Origin: Verrucomicrobiota bacterium
GTDB lineage: Bacteria > Verrucomicrobiota > Verrucomicrobiia > Limisphaerales > JADJPG01
Direction of reading: 5' to 3'
Length of the DNA: 64,000 nt
NCBI GenBank assembly: GCA_046048995.1
Contig: JBJOEZ010000001.1
Span: 25,048-89,047 of the forward strand
The notes beneath the pieces were generated by a model. It was not told the DNA's origin and made no database searches. It saw only the letters and a list, made by a program, of their open reading frames with translations. Within the stretch, counting starts at the first letter, position 1. Each line of letters opens with the position of its first letter. Shown in pieces: positions 63,087 through 64,000 of the stretch. The translations under genes and the position numbers were made by a program.

Positions 63087-63775
63087 GCAAGACCCAGCAT
63101 CGCAAGAAAACCCGCCTGTTGGTGGTGGACGACCATCCTTTTTTCCGCGCCGGCCTCATCCAATGGATCAACCAACAGGACAACCTGGCCTGCTGCGGGG
63201 AGGCGGGTTCGCTCAAGGAAGCCCGCGAGGCGGTCACGCGGCTCCTGCCGGATATCATCCTGCTCGACCTGCGGCTGGGGGATGGCGACGGGCTTGACCT
63301 CATCGCCGAGTTGACGAAGACCCACCCGGAGTGCCGCATCCTGGCGCTGTCGCAGTTCGACGAGGTCGTCTACGCCCGCCGGGCCCTCCAGGCGGGGGCG
63401 CGGGGTTACCTGATGAAGTCGGTGGCCACCGAGGATCTCCAGGAGGCGGTGCAATGCCTGATGACCGGGGACAAGCCCTTCCTCAGCCGCAAGATGGAGG
63501 CCATCATCCTCGGCAGCCTCCTGCCCACCCCGGGCAAAGCCTCCCGCCCCGGCACGCCGGACCTCGAGAAGCTCAGCGATCGCGAGCTTCAGGTGTTCCA
63601 GTTGATCGGCGCCGGGCGCAGTTCCCGCGAGATCGCAGCCTACCTGAAGATCAGCCAGAAGACCGTCGACAGCCATCGCGAGCACCTCAAGGTGAAGCTG
63701 AACCTGGCTGATGCCACGGCGCTGGTGCGGGCAGCCACCCTCTGGGTGGAAACCGACCGCCTTCCCGGCTCCTGA
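63083..63775 (+). CDS. Response regulator, NarL/FixJ family (REC + LuxR-type HTH)
   Basis: The start overlaps the kinase stop (ATGA 63083-63086). REC domain: RLLVVDDHPFFRAGL...PDIILLDLRLGDGDG. HTH: LSDRELQVFQLIGAGRSSREIAAYLKISQKTVDSHREHLKVKL. Confidence 0.9.
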   Translation: MSKTQHRKKTRLLVVDDHPFFRAGLIQWINQQDNLACCGEAGSLKEAREAVTRLLPDIILLDLRLGDGDGLDLIAELTKTHPECRILALSQFDEVVYARRALQAGARGYLMKSVATEDLQEAVQCLMTGDKPFLSRKMEAIILGSLLPTPGKASRPGTPDLEKLSDRELQVFQLIGAGRSSREIAAYLKISQKTVDSHREHLKVKLNLADATALVRAATLWVETDRLPGS

Positions 63776-63803
63776 CACCGCCGCGCCGCCCGGCCGGCTC
63801 GCG

Positions 63804-63842
63804 CCCTAGCCCACCCCCGCCACTGCTCCGGGTGGGCTAGGG
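63804..63842 (+). terminator. 13-bp perfect hairpin downstream of the response regulator (putative terminator, no U tract)
   Basis: CCCTAGCCCACCC (63804-63816) pairs with GGGTGGGCTAGGG (63830-63842) across a 13-nt loop, 29 nt after the stop at 63773-63775. Confidence 0.4.
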
Positions 63843-64000
63843 AGACTCCCTACTCGGAATCAGAGCCCCCGCCTGATTATCAGGCGTCGCGGCTTCTGCT
63901 TTCCTCGCAGGTGTTGCGGGGCGCTGGGCCCCGGCCGGGTCCGGGGACCCGGGTCGACCGAATCGGCCATTCCCCCTGCGCGATATGCTTTACGGAACAG

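Overview
This is a very GC-rich chromosomal segment (G+C not computed). By inference it comes from a Verrucomicrobiota/Planctomycetota (PVC) genome, because it carries PSCyt/PSD-type proteins, DUF1501, DUF1552 and a PVC-type heme-dehydrogenase. I support 36 protein-coding genes, one tRNA-Met (CAT), and several families of extragenic GC-rich palindromic repeats. Gene content is as follows. (1) A sulfate-assimilation operon (sulfite reductase-cysH-cysD) whose partner cysN lies about 10 kb away at the left edge. (2) Two PVC-specific exported gene sets: DUF1592-type + DUF1552, and PSCyt/DUF1549/DUF1553 + DUF1501 + a heme-dehydrogenase. (3) Three very large secreted proteins, one of 2885 aa with an embedded purple-acid-phosphatase-like domain and a cohesin-like domain, that share modules. 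(4) Housekeeping genes: mfd, ftsH, trxB, eda, a polyprenyl synthase, tsaC/tsaD/tcdA, a POT transporter, a sulfatase, a Gfo/Idh/MocA oxidoreductase and a hemerythrin. (5) An orphan C-terminal half of a pyruvate:ferredoxin oxidoreductase. (6) A translationally coupled H-NOX / HNOBA-PAS histidine kinase / NarL-type regulator module. I saw no CRISPR array, transposase, integrase, phage gene or recognisable defence system. The signals least explained by coding features are non-coding. One is a perfect 57-nt three-way-junction palindrome, with a second copy showing a compensatory base-pair change. Another is an ~85-nt repeat family placed 6-12 nt after stop codons that carries a GC triloop hairpin and a 16S-3'-end-like CACCUCCU tract. 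A third is an inverted pair of that hairpin module bracketing 121 nt between ftsH and the next gene. All calls come from reading the sequence and the ORF track. Domain boundaries inside large proteins are approximate, and family names are pattern recognition, not database hits.
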